Origin: an uncultured Succinivibrionaceae bacterium | GTDB lineage: Bacteria > Pseudomonadota > Gammaproteobacteria > Enterobacterales > Succinivibrionaceae | Reading direction: 5' to 3' | Assembly: GCA_949286015.1 (NCBI GenBank) | Contig: CASEBB010000002.1 | Span: 9,981-73,980, forward strand | Length of the DNA: 64,000 bases | Shown: positions 8,543 to 19,541 of the stretch, piece after piece | How positions within the stretch are numbered: position 1 is the first letter of the stretch | Layout: the number at the start of each line of letters is the position of its first letter | Notes under the pieces: model-generated | Seen by the model: the letters and a program-made list of their open reading frames with translations, nothing else | What the model was told of the DNA's origin: nothing | Database searches by the model: none | Translations under genes and position numbers: made by a program

Positions 8543-10921
8543 TTACGAGCGCTGTGGCCCATGCGCTTTGCCTCGACCCCGTGTGGAGACTTTAGGCGGT
8601 TTGATCTCGATGTCGACCTCTCTAAAGCCAAATTGCTCCGAGGGCACGGTCTCGTAAGCTTGCGCTGGGCTCTGGTTTTTTGCATGCGCCTTACGCACAG
8701 CGCGGTGATGTGGACTTACTTTGTCCTTAGCGCCGCTACCCTGCTGCTTGCCTGGCATACGGGTATCACCCGCCATACGGGCATCCCCCGCCATGTGAGC
8801 ATCGCGGCTTAAGCGCATGCTGCTTAAAAGCTCTTGTTCCTGCTCAGAGGTGACAGCAGTTTCACCTACAGCAGCACTGCCCAGCTGATGGCTCTGGGCA
8901 TAATGCGCAAAAGCCTGCAAGGTAGCTTGATTTGCCGAGAGGGCCTCTTGCTTAGAGACCTGCTCTGCCGTTGGGGGCAAATTGCGCATGGACTGCGGCA
9001 CAAAAGTAAGATCACTCACGCTATTGGCCGTGGTCTGCGGCGTGTGCGGCGCTAGCGGTGCACTCATGTACGGCGCAGAAGGAGCAGACGGCGCTGCTGC
9101 TACCGCTGCAGTGGCGGTGGCAGCTGCTTCTGCAGCTTCTGCTACAGCTGCCGCTTGGGCCCGCTGCTCTTGGGTCGCGGCCAGAAAATGCTCCAGCGTC
9201 AGTTCCTCAGTTAAGGCCTCAGGGCGTGCACTGGCACTGGAACTAACACTAGCAGTGACATGCACGGTGTCAGTAGCGCTTATGGCATTAGCATCACTTA
9301 GAACATCAGTGGCGCTGTCTCCCTCAGCTGTGCGAGCGTCAGTAACGCTAAAGGCGTCAGGAGAAGCGCTGGCTGGAACCAGAGTAGTAGCCTCTGAAAC
9401 CACCTCTGGAGCGCCATCCTGAGAGGACGCTAAGTACGCATTCAGGCTCTGCGGCGCCACCTCCTGACTTGGGCGTGGCGCTGGCTCTAAGCTCAGCTTA
9501 GCGGCAGGGTCAGACGCGCTGCGGCCTAATTTTACCGCATCCGCCTCGGTGCCGGTGTTGTACGTACTCTCGGCCCTACTCTCTGCCGTCGCAGCTTTAT
9601 CTGGTACAGCACTGGGTGTGTCTTCTGCTACAGACTGTGGCGGCTCTGGCTCTTGAGCGTGCTGCGACGTCGGCTCAGACATGCTCTGTGACACAGGCAG
9701 GCTTTGCGGCTCTGGCATGCTCTGCGGCACAGGCATGCTCTGTGGCTCTTGCTCTGGCTCTAAGCGCGGCGCTGGAGACGCGGCAGGCGTCTCAGATACT
9801 GTGGTTGCGCCGGAACTGTTGACGCTGCTCAGCGTACCTAAGGCAGCGGTGGCCAGCAATTGCTTATTCTGCGCTTGCACCACAGCGTTTACCGCCGCAT
9901 TTACTGGTGCTGGGGTCGCAGTCGATTGTGGCTGATAGCGCGGAATCGAGATCGTAAAGACCGTGGTAAAAGGCTCAGGCCACGCAGTCAGCGTCAAGAG
10001 GCCCTGATGCACCTTTGTCACGGCCGAAACCACGGCTAAGCCTAAGCCAGTACCGGAGCTTTTAGAGGTAAAGAACGGCTCAAAGATCTTAGTTTTCAGC
10101 TCTTCAGGGATGGTAGGGCCGTCATTAGCCACGCTAAAGACCACCCGATCCCCCTCCCTATCGACTTTAAAGGCAATTTGCTTAGCCCCTGCTTCTACAG
10201 CGTTAGCAATGAGGTTACATAAGGCGCTATTTAAAGCGACAGGATTACCTAAGATGGGGAGCTTAACCGCTGGATCATAGACGGTGAGCAGGTGTGCCTG
10301 ACTGCGCTCAAGTAAAGCTGTGACGTTATTGACCACAGGGGCAATGAGCTCGGTGGCATCCATTTCACTCACGGTTTGCTCATTGGAGCGAGCAAACATG
10401 AGGATATCGCTGATTTGTGCTTCTAAGGCCTCTAAACGGCTCATCAGCTTTTGCTGAAAGCGCTGCCGCATCTCAGGGGCGAGATCATCATTGGCAAGGT
10501 TCGAGGCGTAGAGCAGTGCCGCTGACAGCGGGGTACGAATCTGGTGAGCTAAGCTTGCGGCCATGCGTCCTAAAGAAGAGAGACGCTCCATATGGGACAA
10601 CTTCTCTTGCAGCAGACGCGTCTCGGTAAGATCGGTCATCTGCACCAATTGGCCGTGAGCTAAAGGAATGGTAGCCACTTGTAAGCGGCGGCCGTCGCGG
10701 GTAGAAATCTGGTGGCCATCGTCGTTACGCGGGCGAAACACTTGGGAGATCACTTCGACCCAGTGCTCTCCTGTAAGGTGGTCACTGCCCATAAGCTTAA
10801 GGGCGCTGTCATTGGCGTGGGTGATGATGCCGTGATCATCAATAATCAAGATGGCCGCAGGGATTTTGGTAAACACCTCAGCCATTAAGGCTAAATCGTT
10901 ATTTTGCTGCGGGGTGCTCAT
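8543..10921 (-). CDS. PAS sensor histidine kinase (NtrB/FlrB/FleS-like) with a ~460-aa low-complexity C-terminal tail
   Basis: Start set at the internal ATG (MSTPQQNN). H-box SLAHQIRTPLS, N-box CNLIANAVEAG, G-boxes ANDGPTIP and SGTGLGLAVV. The catalytic core ends near ...FTISIPRY; the remaining A/S/P/E/Q-rich sequence has no recognisable domain. Confidence 0.85.
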   Translation of the reverse strand: MSTPQQNNDLALMAEVFTKIPAAILIIDDHGIITHANDSALKLMGSDHLTGEHWVEVISQVFRPRNDDGHQISTRDGRRLQVATIPLAHGQLVQMTDLTETRLLQEKLSHMERLSSLGRMAASLAHQIRTPLSAALLYASNLANDDLAPEMRQRFQQKLMSRLEALEAQISDILMFARSNEQTVSEMDATELIAPVVNNVTALLERSQAHLLTVYDPAVKLPILGNPVALNSALCNLIANAVEAGAKQIAFKVDREGDRVVFSVANDGPTIPEELKTKIFEPFFTSKSSGTGLGLAVVSAVTKVHQGLLTLTAWPEPFTTVFTISIPRYQPQSTATPAPVNAAVNAVVQAQNKQLLATAALGTLSSVNSSGATTVSETPAASPAPRLEPEQEPQSMPVPQSMPEPQSLPVSQSMSEPTSQHAQEPEPPQSVAEDTPSAVPDKAATAESRAESTYNTGTEADAVKLGRSASDPAAKLSLEPAPRPSQEVAPQSLNAYLASSQDGAPEVVSEATTLVPASASPDAFSVTDARTAEGDSATDVLSDANAISATDTVHVTASVSSSASARPEALTEELTLEHFLAATQEQRAQAAAVAEAAEAAATATAAVAAAPSAPSAPYMSAPLAPHTPQTTANSVSDLTFVPQSMRNLPPTAEQVSKQEALSANQATLQAFAHYAQSHQLGSAAVGETAVTSEQEQELLSSMRLSRDAHMAGDARMAGDTRMPGKQQGSGAKDKVSPHHRAVRKAHAKNQSPAQAYETVPSEQFGFREVDIEIKPPKVSTRGRGKAHGPQRS

Positions 10922-11101
10922 AAATGATCTCTTGCTCAGGAACAAGTGAGCGTCTCTTGGAGGCGGGGCAACATCACAGGGAAAGCTGGGAAAGCCGCAA
11001 AAGCTGAGCGCCAAAGAGCGCCGTAAGGTCTCACTATAGCACGCTTTTGCGGTAATACAGTGGCAAGGCGAGTCTAGGTGCAAAATCAAGGTTGGCACTT
11101 A

Positions 11102-11250
11102 GGAAGGAGTAATCTCATAAATGACGGAAGATGGGCTGTGTGCTGGCACGGTCCCCCACCTCGAGATGAATGGTGTAGGAGAGTCTAAGACTACCTGAGG
11201 ACGGTTCACTAAGATTCCCCTAAAGCCCGTCTTCTATGAAGCAAGTAACG
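11102..11250 (+). mobile_element. MITE-like element, subfamily 2
   Basis: GGAAGGAGTAATCTCATAAATGACGG...CCTCGAGATGAATGGTGTAGGAGAGTCTAAGAC...CCGTCTTCTATGAAGCAAGTAACG. It abuts or overlaps the next copy by ~6 nt. Confidence 0.8.
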
Positions 11251-11393
11251 ACTGACTTAATAAATGACGGAATTTAGGGCCCGCATGCAGGCACATCTCA
11301 AGATAGGCTCAGGCTCGCTTGCACCTTTTATCTCGAGGTAGGACATTGCAGCCCCGCACCACTACATCCGTCACTTATTAGCTCACTCTTTCC
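11245..11393 (-). mobile_element. MITE-like element, subfamily 1
   Basis: GTAACGACTGACTTAATAAATGACGGAATTTAGGGC...TTTTATCTCGAGG...CCGTCACTTATTAGCTCACTCTTTCC is the reverse-orientation match to 8358-8506. Confidence 0.85.
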
Positions 11394-11422
11394 TAAGTTG
11401 TTCCCTTGAGCCATAAGGGGAC

Positions 11423-11509
11423 GTGGTGGTAGTGATGGTGGTGGTAGTGGTAGTGATGGTGGTAGTGGTGATAGTGGTGATGGTAGTGGTTGTGGTGGTA
11501 ATGGTGATG
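11423..11509. repeat. GGT-rich minisatellite (GGTGGTAGTGAT-like units)
   Basis: Read directly. It lies next to the MITE copy and generates the spurious His/Tyr-rich ORF on the minus strand. Confidence 0.8.
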
Positions 11510-11700
11510 TGCGCTCTGCTTCTCCACAAACAAAAGAGGACGTGTTCCCCATGTGTAAGCAGAGCTAACTGGCCATGAACCTACCTTAGAGATACGTCGT
11601 GGTAGCAACGCGTGGTGATCCATATCAGGTTGCTGCAGCAATGGTCTTAACCCCACCGCAAAGACCTATTTTAAGCCCATAACCCAAGGGAAAACGCTCG

Positions 11701-11757
11701 CAAACAAAAAGCCCCCGTCACCTTAGAGCACCGCCGCACTCCAAGATAACAGGGGCC
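11701..11757 (-). terminator. Long imperfect hairpin plus T-run, rho-independent terminator of purL
   Basis: The minus strand reads GGCCCCTGTTATCTTGGAGTGC...GCTCTAAGGTGACGGGGGC followed by TTTTTGTTTG, about 125 nt after the purL stop. Confidence 0.7.
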
Positions 11758-11764
11758 TTTTCTC

Positions 11765-11804
11765 TGTGGGCTTTGCCCACACCATGCAGGGCGCTACCCT
11801 GCAC
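11765..11804. repeat. REP-like double palindrome (GTGGGC-TTTG-CCCAC ACC ATGCAGGG-CGCT-ACCCTGCA)
   Basis: Same architecture and words as 33995-34034. Both lie at 3' ends of genes. Confidence 0.6.
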
Positions 11805-11880
11805 TGCTGCAAGGAACTAAAAGTCCCTTGAATGAGGATGAGAATCTAAGGATCTCAAGCCTTTGAGATCAATAGCAGTC

Positions 11881-14800
11881 TTAGCCTAAGTTGCGGCGCG
11901 CGTTTCTAAAGAGGCGCATCCATGGGCTAAACTCACCCATATCATCAGGGTGATAGGAGTTAGCCACCGTGCGCACAATACGCTCTGGGTGCGGCATCAT
12001 AATGGTAAAGCGGCCATCAGGAGTCGTCACCGCCGTAATACCATGAGGCGAGCCATTAGGGTTTAAAGGATAGCGCTCCGTCACCTCACCATAGTGGTCG
12101 ATGTAGCGTAAAGCCACTAAGTTCGCATCCTCTAACGCTTGTAACTGATCAGCCGTGGCAAACTCCGCGCGGCCCTCACCATGCGAGACCACGATCGGCA
12201 TCTGCGAGCCTTGCATGCCTTGGTAGAAGAGCGATGGGCTCTCTTGCACCTGCACTTCCACAAAGCGCGCCTCAAAACGCTCAGACTTATTGGTCACAAA
12301 ACGTGGCCACAGCTCCGCACCTGGAATAATGCTACGCAGCGTCGCCATCATCTGGCAGCCATTGCACACGCCTAAAGCAAAGGTATCCTTACGCGCAAAG
12401 AACTGCGTAAACTCGCTCTTGGCACGCTCGTTAAAGAGAATGCTCTTCGCCCAGCCTTCACCTGCACCTAAGACGTCACCATAGGAGAAGCCACCGCAAG
12501 CGGCAAAGCCCATAAAGTTCGAGAGGCTGACAGAGCCGTCGAGGATCTGCGACATGTGCACATCCACCGCGCTAAAGCCCGCACGGGTAAAGGAGTGAGC
12601 CATTTCCGCCTGCGAGTTCACGCCCTGCTCACGTAAGATCGCCACCTTAGGAGCAGCACCGGCATTGATAAATGGCGCCGCCACATCCTCATTGACATCA
12701 AAGGTCAGCTTGTAGAACAGGCCTGGATCCTTGTCATCAGCCTTGTCTTCAAACTCCTGACGGGCGCACTCTGGGTTATCACGCAGCGCTTGCATGCGGT
12801 AAGTGGTTTCAGCCCAAATGGTTCTAAAGTGCGTGCGCGTCTCGTTAATCACGTCCTGACCATTGCGGGTAAAGACGATGCGATCGTCATCACGCAGCGT
12901 ACCAATCACAAAGGAGATATTGGCTAAGCCGTGACCGGAGAGGATGTTGAGCACCTTCTCTTGCTGGTCAGCAGCAACTTGCAGCACCACACCGAGCTCT
13001 TCGGCAAAGAGGGCGCCTAAGTTATCCGTACCCAGCTGATCTAAGGTAACCTCAACACCAGTGTGACCAGCAAAGGCCATTTCCGCTACGGTGGTGAATA
13101 AGCCACCATCGGAGACGTCGTGGTAGGCCATGATTAAGTCGTTCTTGTTTAAGAACTGCACCGCATCAAAGAGGCCCTTTAAACGCTGTGGGTGGTCGAG
13201 GTTAGCGCTGGTGTGACCTAATTGACGATACACCTGAGCTAAGGCCGAGCCACCTAAGCGGCACTGACGCTCACCTAAGTCGACGTAGATTAAGACGGTA
13301 TCGCCCTTATCAGTACGCAGCTGTGGCGTTAAGGTCTTACGCACATCCTCGCAGCGGGCAAAGGCGGAGATGATCAGCGACATTGGCGCAATGACACTGC
13401 GCTCAGCGCCGTTCTCTTGCCACGAGGTCTTCATCGACATCGAGTCTTTGCCCACTGGGACGGTTAAACCGAGCTCTGGGCACAACTCCATGCCTAAGGT
13501 CTTCACGGCGTCAAATAAGCCCGCATCCTCACCTGGGTGGTTGTTAGCAGCCATCCAGTTAGCCGAGAGCTTCACACGGTTTAAGTCACCAATGTAAGCG
13601 GCAGCGATGTTGGTGATAGCCTCACCTACAGCTAAACGCACCGAAGCCTTTTGATCTAACAGCGCCACTGGGGTGCGCTCACCCATAGCACCCGCCTCAC
13701 CGTGGAAGGTGTCATACGAGGCTGTGGTCACAGCCACGTCAGCAACTGGCACCTGCCATGGGCCGACCATTTGGTCACGTGCCACTAAGCCCGTCACCGA
13801 GCGGTCACCGATGGTGATTAAGAAGGTCTTCTCGGCCACAGTTGGTAAGGCTAAGACGCGCTCTGCCGCCTCAGTTGGGTTGATCCCCTCACCGTTAAAC
13901 TCTGGGCTCTGCTGGGTCTTGTGCTCGACCTTCTTAAACATGCGTGGTGGCTTGCCTAAGAGGATATCCAGAGGCAGGTCGATTGGGCAGTTATCGAAGT
14001 GGCTATCGTGTAAGACCACACGGCGCTCGGCAGTAGCCTCACCGATCACAGCATATTGCGCACGCTCGCGCTTGCAGAAAGCCTCAAAGACAGGGAACTT
14101 ATCCGCAGCCACGGCTAAGACGTAACGCTCTTGCGACTCGTTACACCAGATTTGCAGTGGCGACATGCCTGGCTCATCGTTAGGGATAGCACGCAGCTCA
14201 AAGCGGCCACCGACACCACCGTCAGAGACTAACTCTGGCATGGCGTTGGAGAGGCCACCGGCACCCACATCATGGATAAACATGATTGGGTTTTCGGCAC
14301 CTAACTGCCAGCAGGCGTCGATCACTTCTTGACAGCGACGCTGCATTTCTGGGTTACCACGCTGCACTGAGGCAAAATCGAGCTCAGCAGTGGACTGACC
14401 AGAATTCATCGATGAGGCGGCACCACCACCTAAACCGATGTCCATGGCGGGGCCCCCTAAGACGATAAGCTTGGCACCTGGATCGATGTGATCCTTATTG
14501 ATGTGCTCACGGCGGATGTTACCCCAACCACCGGCTAACATGATTGGCTTGTGGTAACCACGAATCTCGGTGCCGTTGAAGCTTGAGACCTGCTCTTCGT
14601 AAGTACGGAAGTAACCACAGAGGTTTGGACGGCCAAACTCGTTATTGAACGAAGCGGCGCCTAATGGGCCCTCGATCATGATGTCCAGAGCGGAGGCGAT
14701 GCGATCTGGCTTACCAAAGTCCTGCTCCCATGGCTGTAAGTAGCCTGGGATCTTGAGGTTAGAGACGCTAAAGCCGCAGATACCTGCCTTTGGCTTAGAG

Positions 14801-15780
14801 CCGATACCGGTAGCGCCCTCATCACGGATTTCGCCGCCAGAGCCGGTGGCGGCGCCAGGGAATGGGGAGATCGCGGTTGGGTGGTTGTGAGTCTCAACCT
14901 TCATCAGGATCGGCATGTCTTCCTGATGGAAATTCCACTCACGGGATGGGTTGTCCGCATAGAAGCGACCGGCCATGGAGCCTTCCATTACGGCGGCGTT
15001 ATCTTTGTAAGCGGAGAGGACGTAATCTGGGGTAGCGGTAAAGGTGTTACGCACCATACCAAAGAGGGACTGGTCTTGCTCGACGCCGTCGATTTCCCAC
15101 TTAGCATTAAAGACCTTATGGCGGCAGTGCTCGGAGTTCATCTGAGCGAACATGTAGAGCTCAATGTCGCTAGGGTCACGGCCTAAGGAGGCAAAGGAAG
15201 AGAGCAGATAGTCCATCTCATCTGAAGAGAGGGCTAAGCCCAGCTCGACGTTGGCTTTTTCTAAAGCCTCTTTACCGCCGGTGGTCAGAGGAATGACTTT
15301 AAATGGGGCTGGCTCTTGAGCGGCAAATAGAGCGGCAGCCTCATCCATATTGGTGAGCACCACCTGCATCATGCGGTCGTGGATTAAGGAGGCGATAATT
15401 GCGCGCTCTGGGGCGGTAAAGGCATCGCTGGTAGCAGGCTTGACGTAATAGGCAATACCGCGCTCTAAGCGATGGATAGAGGTGAGACCGCAATTGTGAG
15501 CGATATCGGTAGCTTTAGAGGCCCATGGGGAGATGGTACCGATACGAGGGATGACAAAGAAGAGCTCGCCTTGGTCGTGGTGAGCGACGTCGACAGGGCC
15601 GTAAGTTAGGATTTTGGCTAAGACCTCTTTTTGCTCAGTGGACAGAGGCGCAGAGCAATCGACGAGGTGGATATACTCCGTGCTGATAGCAGCGACGTTT
15701 ACACCGGCGTTACGCAGAGATGAGAGCAATTTCTCGATCTTGTAAGCGGATAAAGCCGAGGAGCCACGCAAAATTTCCAT
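11881..15780 (-). CDS. purL: Phosphoribosylformylglycinamidine (FGAM) synthase, large single-chain form
   Basis: ~1299 aa. The N-terminus [19 protein letters not shown] matches the enterobacterial PurL start. C-terminal glutamine amidotransferase with GVCNGCQM nucleophile motif. Start moved to the ATG at 15780. Confidence 0.97.
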   Translation of the reverse strand: MEILRGSSALSAYKIEKLLSSLRNAGVNVAAISTEYIHLVDCSAPLSTEQKEVLAKILTYGPVDVAHHDQGELFFVIPRIGTISPWASKATDIAHNCGLTSIHRLERGIAYYVKPATSDAFTAPERAIIASLIHDRMMQVVLTNMDEAAALFAAQEPAPFKVIPLTTGGKEALEKANVELGLALSSDEMDYLLSSFASLGRDPSDIELYMFAQMNSEHCRHKVFNAKWEIDGVEQDQSLFGMVRNTFTATPDYVLSAYKDNAAVMEGSMAGRFYADNPSREWNFHQEDMPILMKVETHNHPTAISPFPGAATGSGGEIRDEGATGIGSKPKAGICGFSVSNLKIPGYLQPWEQDFGKPDRIASALDIMIEGPLGAASFNNEFGRPNLCGYFRTYEEQVSSFNGTEIRGYHKPIMLAGGWGNIRREHINKDHIDPGAKLIVLGGPAMDIGLGGGAASSMNSGQSTAELDFASVQRGNPEMQRRCQEVIDACWQLGAENPIMFIHDVGAGGLSNAMPELVSDGGVGGRFELRAIPNDEPGMSPLQIWCNESQERYVLAVAADKFPVFEAFCKRERAQYAVIGEATAERRVVLHDSHFDNCPIDLPLDILLGKPPRMFKKVEHKTQQSPEFNGEGINPTEAAERVLALPTVAEKTFLITIGDRSVTGLVARDQMVGPWQVPVADVAVTTASYDTFHGEAGAMGERTPVALLDQKASVRLAVGEAITNIAAAYIGDLNRVKLSANWMAANNHPGEDAGLFDAVKTLGMELCPELGLTVPVGKDSMSMKTSWQENGAERSVIAPMSLIISAFARCEDVRKTLTPQLRTDKGDTVLIYVDLGERQCRLGGSALAQVYRQLGHTSANLDHPQRLKGLFDAVQFLNKNDLIMAYHDVSDGGLFTTVAEMAFAGHTGVEVTLDQLGTDNLGALFAEELGVVLQVAADQQEKVLNILSGHGLANISFVIGTLRDDDRIVFTRNGQDVINETRTHFRTIWAETTYRMQALRDNPECARQEFEDKADDKDPGLFYKLTFDVNEDVAAPFINAGAAPKVAILREQGVNSQAEMAHSFTRAGFSAVDVHMSQILDGSVSLSNFMGFAACGGFSYGDVLGAGEGWAKSILFNERAKSEFTQFFARKDTFALGVCNGCQMMATLRSIIPGAELWPRFVTNKSERFEARFVEVQVQESPSLFYQGMQGSQMPIVVSHGEGRAEFATADQLQALEDANLVALRYIDHYGEVTERYPLNPNGSPHGITAVTTPDGRFTIMMPHPERIVRTVANSYHPDDMGEFSPWMRLFRNARRNLG

Positions 15781-16402
15781 AACACACAAGTCCTGCAGAA
15801 GGCGGCCAAAGAAAAGATGCGATATTTTAGCAGAATACGGCAGATATGCCCAAACTGAGGGGGCGTGCAGGAAGAGATTGCATGTACAGAGAAAGAGGCG
15901 TGATGGCTAAATGGTTGGTGCCTACAGTTACGTGGTGCGCTTACAGCGCCCGCCCCTAACAGAGCCTTGCTCTGCACCTGAGACACTCTTATGGACGGTA
16001 ACCTCTTGCAGAGCTCTCATCGCTGCTTCTGCTTCTGCATCTGCTAAAGATCCCAACGCAGTTCAGTAGCATGAGTTGATAGAGATCACACTTTCTAGGG
16101 GTAGTTTGCGGACGCTCACCCATGGTGAGGCGTCTGCCGGTACTGCCAATGATACTGATAGAATCAAGGCTGGAGCTACGCTCCTATCGATTTTTCCTTT
16201 TGAGCACCTTACCGCTGGCCAACGGTAAAAATGTGATCTACATCCACTCATGCAACTGAACTAATCCCAACGCTTTTCTGCTACCATCCCTAAACAAGCT
16301 GCATCTACTGCAAAGCAGCCCTTTTATCCGCTATCCACAACCTTGCACTGGAGACGGCGCTTTTCCCAAAGTGATCTTGGGGCTATCGGCGTCGGTTTTT
16401 TC

Positions 16403-17419
16403 ATGAAAATTCTGCTGACCGGTGGTACCGGCGCCTTAGGACAATACCTCTCGGGCTACTTGGCTACCCACTTAGACTGTACGGTTTACATCACCTCACG
16501 TAAGCCACGGCAATACGCACGACCTAACATCGTTGCGCTTACCACCAATGCCATGAACTACCCTGAGTTCATCAAGCTTCTACAGGAGCAGCACTTCGAT
16601 CTGTGTATCGACTTCATGATCCACCCCAACGTGCCCGCCTTTGCTGAGCTCAGTGCCCAGATCCTGCCCCTTGTCGGTCACTATATCTTCCTCTCGTCAT
16701 CACGTGCCTACGCCGATTGCGCTGACCTCATCACGGAAGATAAGCCGCTGCTGGCGGATGTCTACAATGATCCCGCCTACCAAAGCTCCAATGACTACTC
16801 GTGGTACAAGGGCAAAGAAGAGCACGTTCTGCAACAGGGTAAGCACAGCAACTTCACCATTATCCGCCCTTGTATTCACTTTGCCTCCCGCCGCTTTCAG
16901 CTGTGCACTTTAGAAGCAAGCGTGCTGCTGCCGAGCATCTTCTTTAGCAAGCCGGTAGTAATTCCCACTGAGTGCCTTAAGAAGACTGCTCCATGGGCAT
17001 GGTCGGGTAACAGTGCTTCGCAGATTGGCGCCATTGTCGCTAACCTCGACCACTGCCGCCGCGAGGTCTTTAACATTGGCTGGAGCGAGCATTTAACATG
17101 GGAGCAAGTGGCACAGCTCTACGCTCAACTTGCTGGCCTATCGGTAATTGCAGTACCAACAGAGCTACTAAAGCGCGAGCTTTACGGCATGGGCCCAGTA
17201 TGGCAGCTTGAATTAGACCGCTTACTTGACCGCCGTTACTCCTGTGCCAAGGTCTTATCCTTACAAGGCGCGCCTGATCCAAAGACCTTTGCGAGCACCG
17301 CTGAGGCGCTGAAGCTTGAGCTTAACCATGCGTCACGCCTCACGCGAGAGATTCCTCTGGATGCAGGCTACCTCTACGCCATTGAACGCCTCGTAGCCAA
17401 GCTGCAACGCCGTGCTTAA
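16403..17419 (+). CDS. NAD(P)-dependent epimerase/dehydratase-family (extended SDR) protein
   Basis: Start at MKILLTGGTGALGQYL (Rossmann GxxGxxG). 338 aa. No closer assignment possible by eye. Confidence 0.75.
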   Translation: MKILLTGGTGALGQYLSGYLATHLDCTVYITSRKPRQYARPNIVALTTNAMNYPEFIKLLQEQHFDLCIDFMIHPNVPAFAELSAQILPLVGHYIFLSSSRAYADCADLITEDKPLLADVYNDPAYQSSNDYSWYKGKEEHVLQQGKHSNFTIIRPCIHFASRRFQLCTLEASVLLPSIFFSKPVVIPTECLKKTAPWAWSGNSASQIGAIVANLDHCRREVFNIGWSEHLTWEQVAQLYAQLAGLSVIAVPTELLKRELYGMGPVWQLELDRLLDRRYSCAKVLSLQGAPDPKTFASTAEALKLELNHASRLTREIPLDAGYLYAIERLVAKLQRRA

Positions 17420-17584
17420 GCCATGCTTAAGCCACGCTACAATCACGCTACGGTCACGCTACTGCCACCATGCTTTGCACTTACCGCCATGCAGCCTTAA
17501 GGTGCTTTAAGTTAGCAGTGGCGGTAATGGGTCACAGCCTGCTATTGCTGCTGTTGTAGCAGCAGCTGCCGCTGTTGCGCGCAC

Positions 17585-19237
17585 TTAGGCAAACTTCAGA
17601 TGCTGCATTAGCAGCTTGCTGTAAGCCTCGCGTTCTGCCGCATCTGTAGTCTGCACCTCCAAAAACACCGGCCGCTCAAAGTCCTGTGTGCACAGGTTGG
17701 TGATTTCCTTTTCCAAAGTAGGCACATCAGCAGCCTGCCGATAAACAAAGCCACAGCTCTTTGCCCAACCTTTAAAGCCACCAGCGCAGTGATTGGCCGC
17801 CGCCACCAGTGGCTCTACCTGCCCTTGAGCCTGCTTTAACAGGTTGTAATTCAAGCGGAACTCCTCACCACCACTGTTGTTGATGACAATGATGCGGAAG
17901 TTAGGGCCGATGTCGCGATTGCCGATCATATTCATGTCGTAGTAGAAAGCCAGATCGCCTGTCACCGCTAGCGTTAAGCGCTGCGGATCACTCCACGAGT
18001 GGCCCACAGCCGCAGATACGGCGCCATCAATGCCAAAGCCGCCGGTATTACACGAAACAGTCACGCCCAGCGCAAAATCAAAGCAATTGGCCATGCGATA
18101 CGCATTCAGGATCGAGAAGTGTACCGAGCAAGGGCCCTGTAGCTTCTGCGCCAAACGCTCACAGACCAGCGGTGTACTCAAAGGCAATTTAGGCAGAACA
18201 ACGCCTTCTCTTGCCTTAGCAATACGCCCAAAGTAAGTGCTATCGCAAGGGAATTCCGGTAATTGCAGCATGCGCGCAAAGAACTCTGTCTCGCTCATGG
18301 CAAACATGACCTGAGGAATGCGGTGCTGACGGCAGTGATACTTACCATCTGAGGGTAACAGCATGGTGTTAGCCTGTTGAAAGATCACATCAGCAAGGTA
18401 GTCAGCGCAAATACCGCCCAGATCCAAGATCACATGCGGCAACAGCGACGCATGCAAAGGCAAGAGCGCACTGAACACCGTAGTCAGCACTCTATTGGGG
18501 CCGTTATAGTTAGAGTTGTGCTCACACAGTACAGGGATGCCGTGTTTTTCGACGAATTGCCCGATCAGTTCCAGAGTCTGTGGCGCAAAGCGGGGATGCG
18601 CACCAATGAAGAGGGCAAAGTTTCTGTCCTTGAGGGAGCGCCAATCCACACGTCCTAATTCCGTGGCGTTAAGACAGACAGTAGCGCTGAAATCTTGTGG
18701 TAAGGTGCGGTCTTGTAATGTCGGCCAGTCACAGACGCTGGGGACATTAATGTGTACCGGCAAACGTTGATACTTGGCGGTAATCAGGGCTTCATTAATG
18801 CGCTCTTGGCAGATAATGCGATCTACAGAGGTCTTAATGACCGGCAGCTCCACATGCAGATAAGCACAATCACGCGGGCCGACACTGCGATCGATATGCT
18901 GCGGCGACAGCGCTAAAGCAGAGCCGAATGGATTGTAAAAGGTGATCGCAATAACAGGGATGCGCCGGTAATAGCACTCGGTCAGCGCTGAGAGGTAATT
19001 GCGGCTGGCGGTTGCTTCTGTACAGGTAATGAGCACCGGCTCACCACACTCATCCGCCCATCCTGAGGCGGCATATGCCGCTGAGCGCTCATCCACCACA
19101 CTCTTGCAAGTAAAGAAAGGGTTCTGCTGTAAAAGCAGATTGAAGTAGGCGTTCTGCATACCAGGACTGGCGACCAAACGCTTAATGCCAAAGGCTTGCA
19201 GCATTGCCGCTAAGTAGTGAACAACAGTCATCTGCAT
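17585..19237 (-). CDS. Thiamine-diphosphate-dependent enzyme, MenD/acetolactate-synthase-like fold
   Basis: 550 aa. N-terminal Pyr domain (SPGMQN...DERSAAYAASGWA...VLITCTEATASRNY). C-terminal ThDP motif GDLAFYYDMN...IIVINNSGGEEF. Confidence 0.75.
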   Translation of the reverse strand: MQMTVVHYLAAMLQAFGIKRLVASPGMQNAYFNLLLQQNPFFTCKSVVDERSAAYAASGWADECGEPVLITCTEATASRNYLSALTECYYRRIPVIAITFYNPFGSALALSPQHIDRSVGPRDCAYLHVELPVIKTSVDRIICQERINEALITAKYQRLPVHINVPSVCDWPTLQDRTLPQDFSATVCLNATELGRVDWRSLKDRNFALFIGAHPRFAPQTLELIGQFVEKHGIPVLCEHNSNYNGPNRVLTTVFSALLPLHASLLPHVILDLGGICADYLADVIFQQANTMLLPSDGKYHCRQHRIPQVMFAMSETEFFARMLQLPEFPCDSTYFGRIAKAREGVVLPKLPLSTPLVCERLAQKLQGPCSVHFSILNAYRMANCFDFALGVTVSCNTGGFGIDGAVSAAVGHSWSDPQRLTLAVTGDLAFYYDMNMIGNRDIGPNFRIIVINNSGGEEFRLNYNLLKQAQGQVEPLVAAANHCAGGFKGWAKSCGFVYRQAADVPTLEKEITNLCTQDFERPVFLEVQTTDAAEREAYSKLLMQHLKFA

Positions 19238-19275
19238 GGGGAAATCCTTGAGGTGAGTTTAGATGGTGGCAATAA

Positions 19276-19444
19276 GGAAAGAGTGATCTCATCAGTGACA
19301 GCGGTATGGCTGCGCGATAGCAACGCCACCTACCTCGAGATGCATGGTGCAGGTGAGCTTGAGCCTATCTGCAGCCGTAGCAGTTGGCAGTCCTGACCCT
19401 TTGCTCTACATGCCGTCAACAACGAGTATTAAGTCAGCTGCTTC
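19276..19444 (+). mobile_element. MITE-like element, subfamily 2 variant
   Basis: GGAAAGAGTGATCTCATCAGTGACAG...CCTCGAGATGCATGGTGCAGGTGAGCTTGAGCCTATCT...CCGTCAACAACGAGTATTAAGTCAGCTGCTTC. Confidence 0.8.
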
Positions 19445-19541
19445 TCTCTCCCTGTGATGAGTCCAAGGCAAGGCCAAGCCAAGGACTAAGCAGCGACTTA
19501 TGCCTTTGCTTATGCCTTAGCTACCTTGCTAACTTGCTACC

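Noticed and set aside
8561-9935. Plus-strand ORFs (62-146 aa) antisense to the kinase tail
   Set aside because: Same reasoning: they are compositional artefacts of A/S/P-rich coding sequence on the other strand.
10985-11010. Sigma-54-type promoter upstream of the kinase gene (minus strand TGGCGCTCAGCTTTTGC)
   Set aside because: The GG-to-GC spacing is two nt longer than the TGGCAC-N5-TTGC consensus. TGGCAC words at 11144 and 23894 likewise lack a correctly spaced TTGC.
11393-11656. 87-aa minus-strand ORF ending in a His/Tyr-rich run (HHYHHNHYHHHYHH...), which could look like a metal-binding peptide
   Set aside because: The His/Tyr run is simply the reverse translation of the GGT-rich minisatellite. 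The ORF starts after the purL terminator, has no ribosome-binding site, and runs into a MITE terminus.
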